A program made the position numbers and the translations under genes. DNA of 64,000 bases. Origin: an uncultured delta proteobacterium (GTDB lineage Bacteria; Desulfobacterota; Syntrophia; Syntrophales; Smithellaceae). Location: NCBI GenBank assembly GCA_963753975.1, contig CAVWEH010000005.1, positions 128,001 to 192,000 on the forward strand, in the 5' to 3' direction. Each line of letters begins with the position of its first letter. Within the stretch, counting starts at the first letter, position 1. Positions 51,923 to 61,650 of this stretch are shown here, in pieces. Below the pieces are notes generated by a model. The model had not been told where the DNA came from. It made no database searches and saw nothing but the letters and a program-made list of their open reading frames with translations.

Positions 51923-52092
51923 GATTAATTAAAATACAGTTATTTTTTTCACTAGCCCTTGACAAAAATCTTTTTATATAGATAGGAACAGTGCCCTATT
52001 TGTCGCCAAAAATTGAGCATGACATTCGCCATCAATAGCGGTATAAATAGTATTATGGTGTAGTTAACTTGGTAAGCGCGTGGAGATGATCT

Positions 52093-52323
52093 ATGGATAT
52101 AGTGAATGTTATAACCAAAGGAACGATTAAAGGAAAATTCATGGGGTTTAAAAGCTACACTACCTTTGAGTTCACTGACGGTCAGAAATGGCGACAAAAT
52201 GATGCTAAATTTTTGCATCATTATGCGTTTAATCCGGAAGCGCAAATTACTCAAAAAGAAGGGAAATACTATTTAGAAGTTCAAGATGTATCGGAAACAG
52301 TGGAAGTCAGAAGAATAAAATAA
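52093..52323 (+). CDS. Small hypothetical protein
   Basis: GGAG RBS; 76-aa beta-rich ORF (FEFTDGQKWRQ). Confidence 0.65.
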   Translation: MDIVNVITKGTIKGKFMGFKSYTTFEFTDGQKWRQNDAKFLHHYAFNPEAQITQKEGKYYLEVQDVSETVEVRRIK

Positions 52324-52347
52324 AAATTTTCAAGAGGGTATCAAATT

Positions 52348-52719
52348 ATGCAATTCTCTTTCGCCCACAATAACTTCAATGTATTGAATTTGGAAAAGAG
52401 CCTGGCCTTTTACAAGCAAGCATTGCAACTGTCCGAAGTACGCAGGCATGAAGCGCCGGATAAGAGTTTCATCCTTGTTTTTCTTTCCGACGGCCAGATG
52501 CCCCACCAGTTGGAGCTGACCTGGCTCAAAGACAGAGAAGAGCCTTACAATCTCGGCGACAATGAATTTCATCTGGCCTTCAAGGTGGACGATTTCACGG
52601 CCGCCCATGCCCTGCATGAAAAAATGGGCTGTATTTGTTTTGAAAACAAGGCCATGGGTATTTACTTCATCAACGACCCGGATGATTATTGGCTGGAGAT
52701 AATTCCCCAAAAGAGATAA
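52348..52719 (+). CDS. gloA: Lactoylglutathione lyase (glyoxalase I)
   Basis: HNNFNV.NLEKSL.FY, LELTW, HLAF and DPDDYWLEI motifs. Confidence 0.8.
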   Translation: MQFSFAHNNFNVLNLEKSLAFYKQALQLSEVRRHEAPDKSFILVFLSDGQMPHQLELTWLKDREEPYNLGDNEFHLAFKVDDFTAAHALHEKMGCICFENKAMGIYFINDPDDYWLEIIPQKR

Positions 52720-52782
52720 AATCATTCATTGTGTTGCGCGATAAAGTATTTTCTCTAACCTGCCTAAAATAAGGAGGCCGTT

Positions 52783-53511
52783 ATGTTAATAATCAGAACA
52801 AAATCATTATATGTGTTTATTCTCTGTTTGTTAATTGCCGGGTGTGCTACCGCGCCTATTGATCCGGCAAAAGAATGGGAAAAAGCTAGCAATGCCAATA
52901 CATTTGAAAGTTATGCCAACTTCCTTCAAGATACTGCGCCTAATAACTTCACACCGGAGGCAAAACTTAAGCTCAAAGCCATTATCCGGGAAATTGCATT
53001 AAAGAGCGTAGGCAACAATCGCGTTGCCTTAAAAAAAGGGACAGAGTTTAGCTTCAATTTGTTTTCCCCCGATGATGTCTTAAAATCATTTGTTCAGAAA
53101 AATCTGCCTGTAAGCTATAGTATTGTTTATAAATCCGGCCAGGACCCGGCCGTTAAACATTCTGAAGGCTTTCAGGAATTAAAAAATTACGATGAATTAA
53201 AACCTTTTCAGTCCCGCTTGATTCAAAGTCAAAAAGACACTTCACAATCAAGAGTTATCATCACTGCCTGGATGATTCCGCTGGCCGTTTCCGGCATAAG
53301 CACCACCGGTCCCAATACCATGTTTACTTTTTACCGCGATCCCGGTGAAATCAATAATCGCGCTTTCGGGCTCTCCATAAAAAGCGAATTAGTCCATGGT
53401 ATCGTAGAAAGAGAGCAACCAAATATCGTAGGTACGGGAATTGTAATTATAAAATCATACGACTTTGTCTGGGTATATGATTTTAGCCAGGATGGGAAAT
53501 CACTTTTTTAA
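52783..53511 (+). CDS. Hypothetical lipoprotein
   Basis: AGGAGG RBS; lipobox IAGC. Confidence 0.75.
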   Translation: MLIIRTKSLYVFILCLLIAGCATAPIDPAKEWEKASNANTFESYANFLQDTAPNNFTPEAKLKLKAIIREIALKSVGNNRVALKKGTEFSFNLFSPDDVLKSFVQKNLPVSYSIVYKSGQDPAVKHSEGFQELKNYDELKPFQSRLIQSQKDTSQSRVIITAWMIPLAVSGISTTGPNTMFTFYRDPGEINNRAFGLSIKSELVHGIVEREQPNIVGTGIVIIKSYDFVWVYDFSQDGKSLF

Positions 53512-53656
53512 TTAACGCGTTTTATGTAAATTAATTTAACTTAAACTTTTTTCTGGCTCTTAAAATAAAGATTAGATTAACTTTTTTAAAATTTTTCCTT
53601 GACAAACATTTTTAGTTTGTTTATATGAATCCTAAGTGAAGGACAGGTTTATTTTG

Positions 53657-53752
53657 ATGGACAGAAAACTAAATGCAAACAGCAATATTTATGGTTACTG
53701 GTTTTATACCTATTTTGCATTGGTCTGCCCGTCGCTGAGGAGGACTTGTTAA
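53657..53752 (+). CDS. Aromatic-amino-acid leader peptide MDRKLNANSNIYGYWFYTYFALVCPSLRRTC
   Basis: 31-codon ORF with 7 aromatic codons in a 9-codon stretch, directly upstream of the aro operon. Confidence 0.8.
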   Translation: MDRKLNANSNIYGYWFYTYFALVCPSLRRTC

Positions 53753-53771
53753 GGTAATATAAACCGAAAAC

Positions 53772-53854
53772 AGCCATGGGTGGATCAAAAAAGAGCCGCC
53801 CATGGCTTTTCTGTTTTTAAAGGCTATGGCGGCAAAAACGCCATGGCCTTTTTT
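53772..53854 (+). terminator. Attenuator hairpins ending in an intrinsic terminator
   Basis: AGCCATGGGTGG/CCGCCCATGGCT (53772-53807) and AAGGCTATGGCG/CGCCATGGCCTT plus T-tract (53820-53854); the inner arms can also pair with each other. Confidence 0.75.
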
Positions 53855-53859
53855 AGTTT

Positions 53860-53952
53860 AATGATACTCCGATTTCAAAAATGCAGTGAATTGAAATCGG
53901 CAAGTAGAATTATCCCGCCGCAAGCGGAGGGTATCGTAAGATACCCGTGGTT
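53860..53952 (+). repeat. Hairpin repeat unit in the aroF 5' region
   Basis: aatgatactccgatttcaa..ttgaaatcggcaagtagaattatcccgccgcaagcggagggtatc. Confidence 0.75.
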
Positions 53953-53970
53953 AAAAGGAGGAAAGAAATC

Positions 53971-54981
53971 ATGATTGTGGTAATGAAAAGTCAGGCTACA
54001 GAAAAGCAAATAGATGATGTAATTCGCTGGATTGAATCGGTCGGATATAAAGCCCATCCATCGCACGGGGTCGAACGGACAATCATCGGAGCTGTAGGCG
54101 ATAACCGCGACAAGGCAATCCTAAAATACGCGGAATCTTTACCGGGGGTGGAAAAAACTATGCCTATTTTAAAACCATACAAGCTGGCCAGCCGTGAATC
54201 GCACGAAGGCAATACCGTGGTTTCCGTAGGCAAAATTCAAATCGGCGGACCGGATTTCGTAGTGATGGCCGGACCTTGCTCGATTGAAAGCGAAGAGCAA
54301 TTACTGGAGTCCGCCTATATCGCCAAAAAGGGAGGCGCGCAAATTCTTAGGGGCGGTGCCTACAAACCGCGCACTTCGCCTTACAGCTTTCAGGGAATGG
54401 AAGAAGAGGGCTTGAAAATTTTAGATCAGGTTCGCCTGCGGGCAAGCATACCGACAGTTACGGAAGTGGTTAATCCTGCCGATGTCGATCTTGTCGAATC
54501 TTATGCCGATATGCTCCAGATAGGAGCACGCAATATCCAGAATTTTGCTTTGCTTAAGGAAGTTGGCCGTTCGAAAAAACCGGTGCTTCTAAAAAGAGGC
54601 ATGATGACCACTATTGAAGAGCTGCTCATGTCGGCAGAATATATTCTTTCCGCAGGCAACTCTCAGGTTATTCTATGCGAACGCGGAATCAGGACATTTG
54701 AAACGGCTACAAGAAACACTTTGGATATAAGCGCCGTCCCGGTACTGAAAGGGTTAACGCATCTGCCGGTTATCGTTGATCCCAGCCATGCCGCCGGTCA
54801 TTGGAAATATGTAATTCCCCTTTCCCGCGCCGCGGTTGCCGTCGGCGCCGATGGCCTTATTGTGGAAGTTCATCCGGAACCGGAAAAGGCGGTATCCGAC
54901 GGAGCGCAGTCTCTGAAACCGGAAAAGTTCTACCAATTGATGGATGAATTAAGGGCAATTAACGCGGCAATGAGACACTAA
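53971..54981 (+). CDS. aroF: DAHP synthase (type I-beta with N-terminal regulatory domain)
   Basis: AGPCSIES, GGAYKPRTSPYSFQG, CERGIR and DPSH motifs; AGGAGG RBS. Confidence 0.95.
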   Translation: MIVVMKSQATEKQIDDVIRWIESVGYKAHPSHGVERTIIGAVGDNRDKAILKYAESLPGVEKTMPILKPYKLASRESHEGNTVVSVGKIQIGGPDFVVMAGPCSIESEEQLLESAYIAKKGGAQILRGGAYKPRTSPYSFQGMEEEGLKILDQVRLRASIPTVTEVVNPADVDLVESYADMLQIGARNIQNFALLKEVGRSKKPVLLKRGMMTTIEELLMSAEYILSAGNSQVILCERGIRTFETATRNTLDISAVPVLKGLTHLPVIVDPSHAAGHWKYVIPLSRAAVAVGADGLIVEVHPEPEKAVSDGAQSLKPEKFYQLMDELRAINAAMRH

Positions 54982-54996
54982 AAACGGAGCAAGTAT

Positions 54997-56091
54997 ATGC
55001 GATCAATGAAAGTCAATCTCGATAAAAAGTCTTTGTCCTCCTATGAAATACGCATAGGTAACGGCATTGCCGATAGGATGGCTCTGCTTATTGCTAAGAA
55101 CCACAAAGCGGGACTTTATGTGCTGATAACGGATGATTGTGTCGGTAAAATCCACGGACGAAAGCTTTTCGCCAGCTTAAAAGACGTAGGACTGAATGCG
55201 GATTCGATCGACTTTCCCGCGGGCGAGGCTTCCAAAAACATTAATACTATTTTGGATATTGTGGAGGCGTTGTTGAAACGGGGAGCCGACAGGGAAACTC
55301 TTTTAATTGCTCTAGGCGGCGGAGTTGTGGGCGACATGGTCGGTTTCGTCGCTTCCATTTTTATGCGTTCCATTCCTTATATTCAGATTCCGACAACTCT
55401 CGTAGCGCAGGTGGACAGCAGTATCGGCGGAAAAACCGCTATCGATCTGCCTTATGGTAAAAATCTACTGGGGACGTTTTACCAGCCCTGCGCTGTATTT
55501 ACGGATTTAAATTTTTTGGATACACTGCCGGAAAAAGAATTCAACAACGGGCTTGCGGAAATTATCAAATACGGTGCCATCGAAGATGAAAAAATGTTTC
55601 ATGCCCTGGAGGACAATATGGAAGCGGTAAAACAAAAAGACGCGACGCTTTTGTTAAAGCTTGTGGAAAATTGTTGCCGCATCAAAAAATCAATTGTCGA
55701 GATAGACGAAAAAGAGCAAGGCCTGCGGCGCATTCTTAATTTCGGCCATACACTGGGGCATGCGTTGGAAGCCCTTTCCAAATATAAAGTAACGCATGGC
55801 GAGGGAATTGCTCTGGGGATGATCGCGGCAGCGCGCATTTCCGAAAAAATGGGCTATCTGGAAAACGGGGAAACCAAGCGCATCGAAGGACTTATAAACG
55901 GTGTGGGCCTGCCCGTAAACATTTCTAAATCCGTTTCTCCAGAAAATATAATTTCTCAGTTGCGTATGGATAAGAAAAAAAAGGGAGATATCGTTCATTT
56001 TGTTTTGTTAAAGAAAATAGGAATGCCGTTTGTCAACGGAGCTATAGAGGCAAGTTTGATCAGCGAAGTAATTGAGGAGATGAAAAAATGA
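54997..56091 (+). CDS. aroB: 3-dehydroquinate synthase
   Basis: GGGVVGD, PTTLVAQVDSSIGGK and LNFGHT motifs. Confidence 0.96.
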   Translation: MRSMKVNLDKKSLSSYEIRIGNGIADRMALLIAKNHKAGLYVLITDDCVGKIHGRKLFASLKDVGLNADSIDFPAGEASKNINTILDIVEALLKRGADRETLLIALGGGVVGDMVGFVASIFMRSIPYIQIPTTLVAQVDSSIGGKTAIDLPYGKNLLGTFYQPCAVFTDLNFLDTLPEKEFNNGLAEIIKYGAIEDEKMFHALEDNMEAVKQKDATLLLKLVENCCRIKKSIVEIDEKEQGLRRILNFGHTLGHALEALSKYKVTHGEGIALGMIAAARISEKMGYLENGETKRIEGLINGVGLPVNISKSVSPENIISQLRMDKKKKGDIVHFVLLKKIGMPFVNGAIEASLISEVIEEMKK

Positions 56092-57170
56092 AGCTGGGGC
56101 GCTTGGAAAATTTACGAAAAAACATAAAAGAAAAAGACCGGGAGATTATTCGTTTGTTAAATGAACGGGCGCAAATATCCGTCCAGATAGGTAGCGTTAA
56201 AGACGAAGGCGGCCTCGATGTATATGATCCTGCTCAGGAAGCAAGAGTTCACGACTATCTGCAGGAGCTTAATTCCGGCCCTCTGCCGCGGGATGCCGTA
56301 ACGGCCATTTTCCGCGAAATTATTTCCGCTTCGCGCAGTTTGCAAAAACCGACGGCCATTGCTTTTTTTGGTGCGGAAGCATCTTTTACGCATTTAGCGG
56401 CACGTTTGCACTTTGGTAATTCCAGCCGTTATTTTCCTCAGCCGAGGATTGATCGTGTATTTGATGAAGTGGAAAAAGGTTCCATAGATTGGGGAGTTGT
56501 TCCCGTAGAAAATTCCCTGGAAGGATCGGTAAACATTACTCTTGACCGGTTGATTACGACTGCGCTCAATATCAGGGCCGAGATTTTTTTGCGAATCAGC
56601 CAGTGCCTTATTTCTTCGGCTAAAAGTATAACGGATATTAAGAAAATTTACTCGCATCCGCACGCCTTACCCCAGTGCCAGGTCTGGCTCAGAACAAATC
56701 TGCCTAACTGCATATTGGGCGAAGCGGAAAGCACAGCCGCGGCGGCACAGATGGTGCGGGGGAAAAAGAACGAAGCGGCGATTGGCAGTTCCCTTGCCGC
56801 TCAGATCTACGGCTTGAATTTGCTGGCCGAAGGCATCGAAGATAACTCCTCCAATATGACGCGCTTTTTGGTTATAGGCAGAGGAGAAAGCGACACAACG
56901 GGTGATGACAAAACTTCATTGATTTTCGCGACACCTCATTCGCCCGGTTCGCTTCACCGCGCTTTGTCTTCCTTCGCCCACCGCCGGATTAATTTGACCA
57001 AAATAGAATCGCATCCGGTAAAAGAGAAATTGTGGGAATACCTTTTTTTTGTAGATATGCTTGGCCACGTAAAAGACAAGCAGATAAAGAGCTGTTTACA
57101 GGAGCTGAAAGAAAAAACAACTTTTCTGAAGATACTGGGTTCCTACCCGAAAGCGGAAGGCAGAATATGA
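56088..57170 (+). CDS. pheA: Chorismate mutase/prephenate dehydratase (P-protein)
   Basis: AroQ N-terminus; PVENS.EG, TRF and ACT-domain NLTKIES. Confidence 0.95.
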   Translation: MKLGRLENLRKNIKEKDREIIRLLNERAQISVQIGSVKDEGGLDVYDPAQEARVHDYLQELNSGPLPRDAVTAIFREIISASRSLQKPTAIAFFGAEASFTHLAARLHFGNSSRYFPQPRIDRVFDEVEKGSIDWGVVPVENSLEGSVNITLDRLITTALNIRAEIFLRISQCLISSAKSITDIKKIYSHPHALPQCQVWLRTNLPNCILGEAESTAAAAQMVRGKKNEAAIGSSLAAQIYGLNLLAEGIEDNSSNMTRFLVIGRGESDTTGDDKTSLIFATPHSPGSLHRALSSFAHRRINLTKIESHPVKEKLWEYLFFVDMLGHVKDKQIKSCLQELKEKTTFLKILGSYPKAEGRI

Positions 57171-58723
57171 TTTGTATCCCCATTACGGCCGGCACGAACA
57201 AAGAAGCGCTCAAGGACATCGAAAAGAGTTGTCTTGTCGCTGATTTCATCGAGCTGAGAATGGATTTAATCGAAGGCGGAGTTTTACCGGAATTGATTTC
57301 CGCCGCCCGCAGCAGTTCGGCTTCGGTTAAAATAATCGTTACCTGCAGAAAAAAGGAGGAGGCCGCCCTTGCCGAAAAAGCAGTGGTTATCAAAAATACA
57401 AAAAACCAAAAGATAGCTTTGCTTAAAGAAGCAATCAAGCTGGGCGCGGATTTTATCGATATCGAGTTCGCGGAAGGAAACGCAGCGATCAGAGAGCTTA
57501 CAACTTTTTGCACAAAACAAGGAGGCCGCAGCAAAATCATTGTTTCCTATCACAATGTTAAGGAGACCCCCCAGCTTACAAAGCTAAAAGAAGTATTTAA
57601 TAAGTGCGCAAAGACTAAACCGGCAATCGTAAAAATCGTTACCTTGGCCAAAACACCTGAAGATAATTTGAGGGTTCTCGGTTTGATCCCTTATGCGCGG
57701 AAACGTTCTCAGGAAATCATTGCCCTGTGCATGGGAGCTCATGGCCGCCTCAGCCGTGCCGTAGCGCCTATCATGGGCAATTATTTGAGCTTTGCCGCGC
57801 TGGATCAGAAAAGTCAATCCGCGCCGGGGCAGTTCACAGTTGGGGACATGAAACAAATACTTAAATTGCTCAAAGACGCAAATGATTGGCAACCGGCAAA
57901 GGTTCTTTCCGTGGATAAGCCGCAAAATTATATTCTATTGGGCAATCCGGTTGCACAGAGCCTTTCTCCCCTGATGCACAACGCGGCTTTGCGCGAAATG
58001 AAGGCAGAGGGAAACTACAGCGCGTTTTGTGTGCGAAATTTGGATCGTGCGTTGCAAGGCATGAGGGACATGAATATCCGGGGCGCCAGTATAACCATAC
58101 CCTTTAAGGTCGAAGTTATGGAATATCTGGATGATTTTGATGAACACTCGCTGAAAATAGGCGCCGTAAATACGATCATCAACGAAAACGGCCGCCTGAA
58201 AGGATGCAATACCGATTGGCTTGGCCTGATTCTCACACTCCAAGAAGCAATGACGATAAGGGATAAAACTTTCGTCATCATCGGCGCGGGCGGAACGGCG
58301 CGGGCAGCGGTCTATGGAATTCTCACGGAAGGCGGATTCCCGATTATCACAAACAGAACGCCGGAAAAAGGAAAGATTCTTTCCGGGAAATTCGACTGCC
58401 CGTTTCATCCGCTTTCCGCAATAGGCAAGATCACCGCCGACTGCCTCATTAACACAACGCCCGTGGGCATGTATCCGCAAGAGAATAAATCGCCTGTCGA
58501 GTCTTCCGTGCTCGCCGGATATAAATATGTTATGGATGTTATCTACAACCCGCTCACGACAAAATTACTGGCAGATGCCGAAAAACAGGGTTGCCATATT
58601 TTTTCCGGATTGGATATGTTTGTGCATCAAGGAGCTGAGCAGCTCCGGCTCTGGACGGGAAAAGAACCGCCCCTGGTGCTGATGAAGAAAGTGGTATGGG
58701 AAAGGTTGACCGAAATTGAATAA
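57167..58723 (+). CDS. aroE: Fused type I 3-dehydroquinate dehydratase / shikimate dehydrogenase (AroD-AroE)
   Basis: IELRMD, IVSYH and APGQ, followed by SLSP.MHN, TIPFK, GAVNT, NTD and GAGGTA. Confidence 0.92.
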   Translation: MICIPITAGTNKEALKDIEKSCLVADFIELRMDLIEGGVLPELISAARSSSASVKIIVTCRKKEEAALAEKAVVIKNTKNQKIALLKEAIKLGADFIDIEFAEGNAAIRELTTFCTKQGGRSKIIVSYHNVKETPQLTKLKEVFNKCAKTKPAIVKIVTLAKTPEDNLRVLGLIPYARKRSQEIIALCMGAHGRLSRAVAPIMGNYLSFAALDQKSQSAPGQFTVGDMKQILKLLKDANDWQPAKVLSVDKPQNYILLGNPVAQSLSPLMHNAALREMKAEGNYSAFCVRNLDRALQGMRDMNIRGASITIPFKVEVMEYLDDFDEHSLKIGAVNTIINENGRLKGCNTDWLGLILTLQEAMTIRDKTFVIIGAGGTARAAVYGILTEGGFPIITNRTPEKGKILSGKFDCPFHPLSAIGKITADCLINTTPVGMYPQENKSPVESSVLAGYKYVMDVIYNPLTTKLLADAEKQGCHIFSGLDMFVHQGAEQLRLWTGKEPPLVLMKKVVWERLTEIE

Positions 58724-59975
58724 TGATGACCCGCATTTTAAGGAATTATCCGCAGTTGTCCGTGTTCCCGGTTCCAAGAGCCTGACCCAGAGGGCACTCG
58801 TGGCTGCCGCTCTGGCGAGGGGTAATTCTTTTATCGGTAATGCGCTTGTTTCCGAAGACACGTTGCATTTGATAGACGGTTTACGGGTTCTTGGCGCGAA
58901 TATTTTATCCGCTTTCGGCGGCTTTTTCGTTTCCGGAACAGCGGGTAAAATTGTCAACAGCGGCAAAGAAATCTTTTTGGGAAATAACGGCACAGCTCTG
59001 CGTTTTCTCACGGCGCTAGCCTGCCTGGGCCAGGGCAAATATGTTTTAACCGGCGAGAAGCGACTCTGCGAAAGACCGGTGGGGGCGCTCGCCTGCGCAT
59101 TGCAAAAAATGGGCGTTGATATTTCCTGCCAAAATAACTGCCCGCCTGTTGAGATCAACGCCAACGGCCTTCCTGGAGGAAAAATCATATTGCAAAATAT
59201 AGAAAGCTCCCAGTATGTTTCAGCCTTGCTTCTTTGCGCGCCTTATACGAAAAAAGGCCTGGATTTGAATTTGCAAGGGGATATTGTTTCCGCGCCTTAT
59301 ATTGATTTGACAATTTCCGTGATGAATGATTTTGGTGCTAAAATCAACAAAACGTCGAAACATGAATACTACGTTGATGCCGGCAAGATTTATCGGGGCT
59401 GTGAATATTATGTGGAAGGAGATGCTTCCAGTGCTTCCTATTTTTTTCTGGCAGCAGCGCTTTTAAAAAAACCGATTAGAGTCAGCGGAATCAGCAGGAA
59501 AAGTAAACAGGGAGATATAAGATTGCTCAATATTCTGGAAGAACTGGGCTGTAAAGTGAGATCAAGTGATGACTGGGTAGAAGTCGCAGGCGCTGATCTG
59601 GCTTGCGGTAATTTCACCTTCGACTTGAACGATATGCCGGATATGGTACCTACTTTGGCTCTGCTTTCGGCTTTTCGCCGAGGACAAACGGTTATCAGTA
59701 ATGTACCTCATTTAAGGATAAAAGAGAGTAACCGGCTGGCAGCGCTGGTTTCTGAACTAAACCGCATCGGTATTGAAGCCCGGGAAACACCGGACGGCCT
59801 TGTCATTCAAGGTGGAGTTCCTCTGCCGGCTAAAATTGAAACTTACAATGATCATCGCATGGCCATGAGCTTTGCCGTTGCCGGCCTAGTTGTTAACGGT
59901 ATAGAAATCGGCGACAAAAAATGTGTAGACAAATCATTCCCTCAATTTTGGCAGGAATTAAAGAAGATAATATGA
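58716..59975 (+). CDS. aroA: EPSP synthase
   Basis: PGSKS, GNNGTALR, SSQY, LRIKESNR and DHRMAM motifs. Confidence 0.95.
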   Translation: MNNDDPHFKELSAVVRVPGSKSLTQRALVAAALARGNSFIGNALVSEDTLHLIDGLRVLGANILSAFGGFFVSGTAGKIVNSGKEIFLGNNGTALRFLTALACLGQGKYVLTGEKRLCERPVGALACALQKMGVDISCQNNCPPVEINANGLPGGKIILQNIESSQYVSALLLCAPYTKKGLDLNLQGDIVSAPYIDLTISVMNDFGAKINKTSKHEYYVDAGKIYRGCEYYVEGDASSASYFFLAAALLKKPIRVSGISRKSKQGDIRLLNILEELGCKVRSSDDWVEVAGADLACGNFTFDLNDMPDMVPTLALLSAFRRGQTVISNVPHLRIKESNRLAALVSELNRIGIEARETPDGLVIQGGVPLPAKIETYNDHRMAMSFAVAGLVVNGIEIGDKKCVDKSFPQFWQELKKII

Positions 59976-60523
59976 AGGTTATTCTTATTGGCTACCGCGC
60001 GACAGGCAAATCAACGGTAGGAATACTGCTCTCCGCTAAACTGAAAATTCCTTTCGCGGATACCGATATGCTGGTGGAAAAAAACATGGAAATGCCCATC
60101 AAAGAAATTGTGGCGCTTCACGGCTGGGATTTTTTCCGTGCTAAAGAAAAGGAGGCGATCCTGTCACTAACACAGGAAGGAGCAGGCGTGATCGCCACAG
60201 GCGGCGGTGTAGTCTTGGATAAAGAAAATGTTGATTTGCTCTCGCAGGCAGGTGTAATCATTTGGCTTAACACACCCTTACATGATATAATCAGCCGACT
60301 TAACAATAATACACCGGACGCGGCATTGAGGCCGCAGTTTACAGATTGGAATATAGTTCAGGAAACGACATATTTGATGAAGCAGAGGTTCCCTTTATAT
60401 AAGAATGCCGCTGATCATACTGTGGAAACGATAAATAAAAGTCCCCGTGAGGTCACAGAAGAAATCTATCAATATTTAGTGGAATCTGCTAATTTAATTA
60501 AAATTATTAACAGTAAAAAATAA
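59972..60523 (+). CDS. aroK: Shikimate kinase
   Basis: GYRATGKST, FR.KE and ATGGG motifs. Confidence 0.93.
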   Translation: MKVILIGYRATGKSTVGILLSAKLKIPFADTDMLVEKNMEMPIKEIVALHGWDFFRAKEKEAILSLTQEGAGVIATGGGVVLDKENVDLLSQAGVIIWLNTPLHDIISRLNNNTPDAALRPQFTDWNIVQETTYLMKQRFPLYKNAADHTVETINKSPREVTEEIYQYLVESANLIKIINSKK

Positions 60524-60573
60524 ATCTTTTGTATTCATCAACGTAATTCAGAGAAGATATAACAGGAGTAATT

Positions 60574-61650
60574 ATGGCCGGTAATGCAATAGGTGGCATT
60601 TTTCGCGTTACAACATGGGGGGAATCGCACGGGAAAGCCTTAGGAGCGGTTGTGGACGGCTGTCCCGCCGGTCTTACCCTGGACAAAGCCGACATTCAGC
60701 AAGCCCTGGATAGGAGAAGACCGTCGATATCGGTTTCATCAACAGCCAGGAGGGAAAGCGACAAGGTCGAAATTCTCTCCGGTGTTTTTGAAGGTAAAAC
60801 CACAGGTACGCCTATATCGCTAATGATACTAAATTCTGATGCTGAAGCTTCTTCTTACGACGAATTAAAAGATATATTTCGCCCCGGACAAGGAGATTTT
60901 CCTTATCTGCAAAAATACGGCATTCGGGATTGGCGAGGCGGAGGGCGAGCCTCCGGCAGAGAAACCACTGCGCGCGTTGCCGCAGGCGCAATTGCCGAAA
61001 AAGTTATTGCTGGGGCGGGCATGGAAGTAATAGCTTACACACAGGCGATCGGTACAATCGAAATTGGCCGCGCTACAATGTCGTCCGGCAAAGCTTTGCT
61101 CCGCAGAGTGCGTGATAATGATCTTTTTTGCCCCGATTCGCTGGCTGCGGAAGCTATGAAAAAAAAGATAGCGGCAGCACGCAAAGAAGGTGATTCGCTG
61201 GGCGGCGTTGTGGAAATTATTGTGCGGGGCACGCCTCCCGGTCTGGGGGAACCCGTGTTTGATAAAATGGACGCGGATTTAGCCAAAGCTTTAATGAGCA
61301 TCGGCTCGGTGAAAGCGGTAGAAGTCGGCGACGGCATTGCTCTGGCCTCTCTCCCAGGATCCCAGGCTAATGATCAAATGGATAAGAAAGGATTCAAAAC
61401 AAATCACGCCGGAGGAATACTGGCAGGTATTACTACCGGCGCGGAAATTGTTCTGCGCGCTTATTGCAAGCCTGTTCCTTCTATCGCCAAACCACAGCAA
61501 ACTATAGACTCCAAGGGAAAAGAGCAAATAATTAAAATTCAGGGAAGGCACGATGCTTGCGTATTGCCGCGGATAGTGCCGGTTTGCGAAGCGATGGTGT
61601 GCATTGTTCTGGCGGATCATTTACTCCGGCAAAAGGCAATCAGCAAATGA
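60574..61650 (+). CDS. aroC: Chorismate synthase
   Basis: GESHG, RGGGRASGRET and GRHD motifs. Confidence 0.96.
   Translation: MAGNAIGGIFRVTTWGESHGKALGAVVDGCPAGLTLDKADIQQALDRRRPSISVSSTARRESDKVEILSGVFEGKTTGTPISLMILNSDAEASSYDELKDIFRPGQGDFPYLQKYGIRDWRGGGRASGRETTARVAAGAIAEKVIAGAGMEVIAYTQAIGTIEIGRATMSSGKALLRRVRDNDLFCPDSLAAEAMKKKIAAARKEGDSLGGVVEIIVRGTPPGLGEPVFDKMDADLAKALMSIGSVKAVEVGDGIALASLPGSQANDQMDKKGFKTNHAGGILAGITTGAEIVLRAYCKPVPSIAKPQQTIDSKGKEQIIKIQGRHDACVLPRIVPVCEAMVCIVLADHLLRQKAISK

Noticed and set aside
53780..53974. 64-aa ORF upstream of aroF
   Set aside because: It overlaps the attenuator hairpins and a repeat unit and has no coding signature
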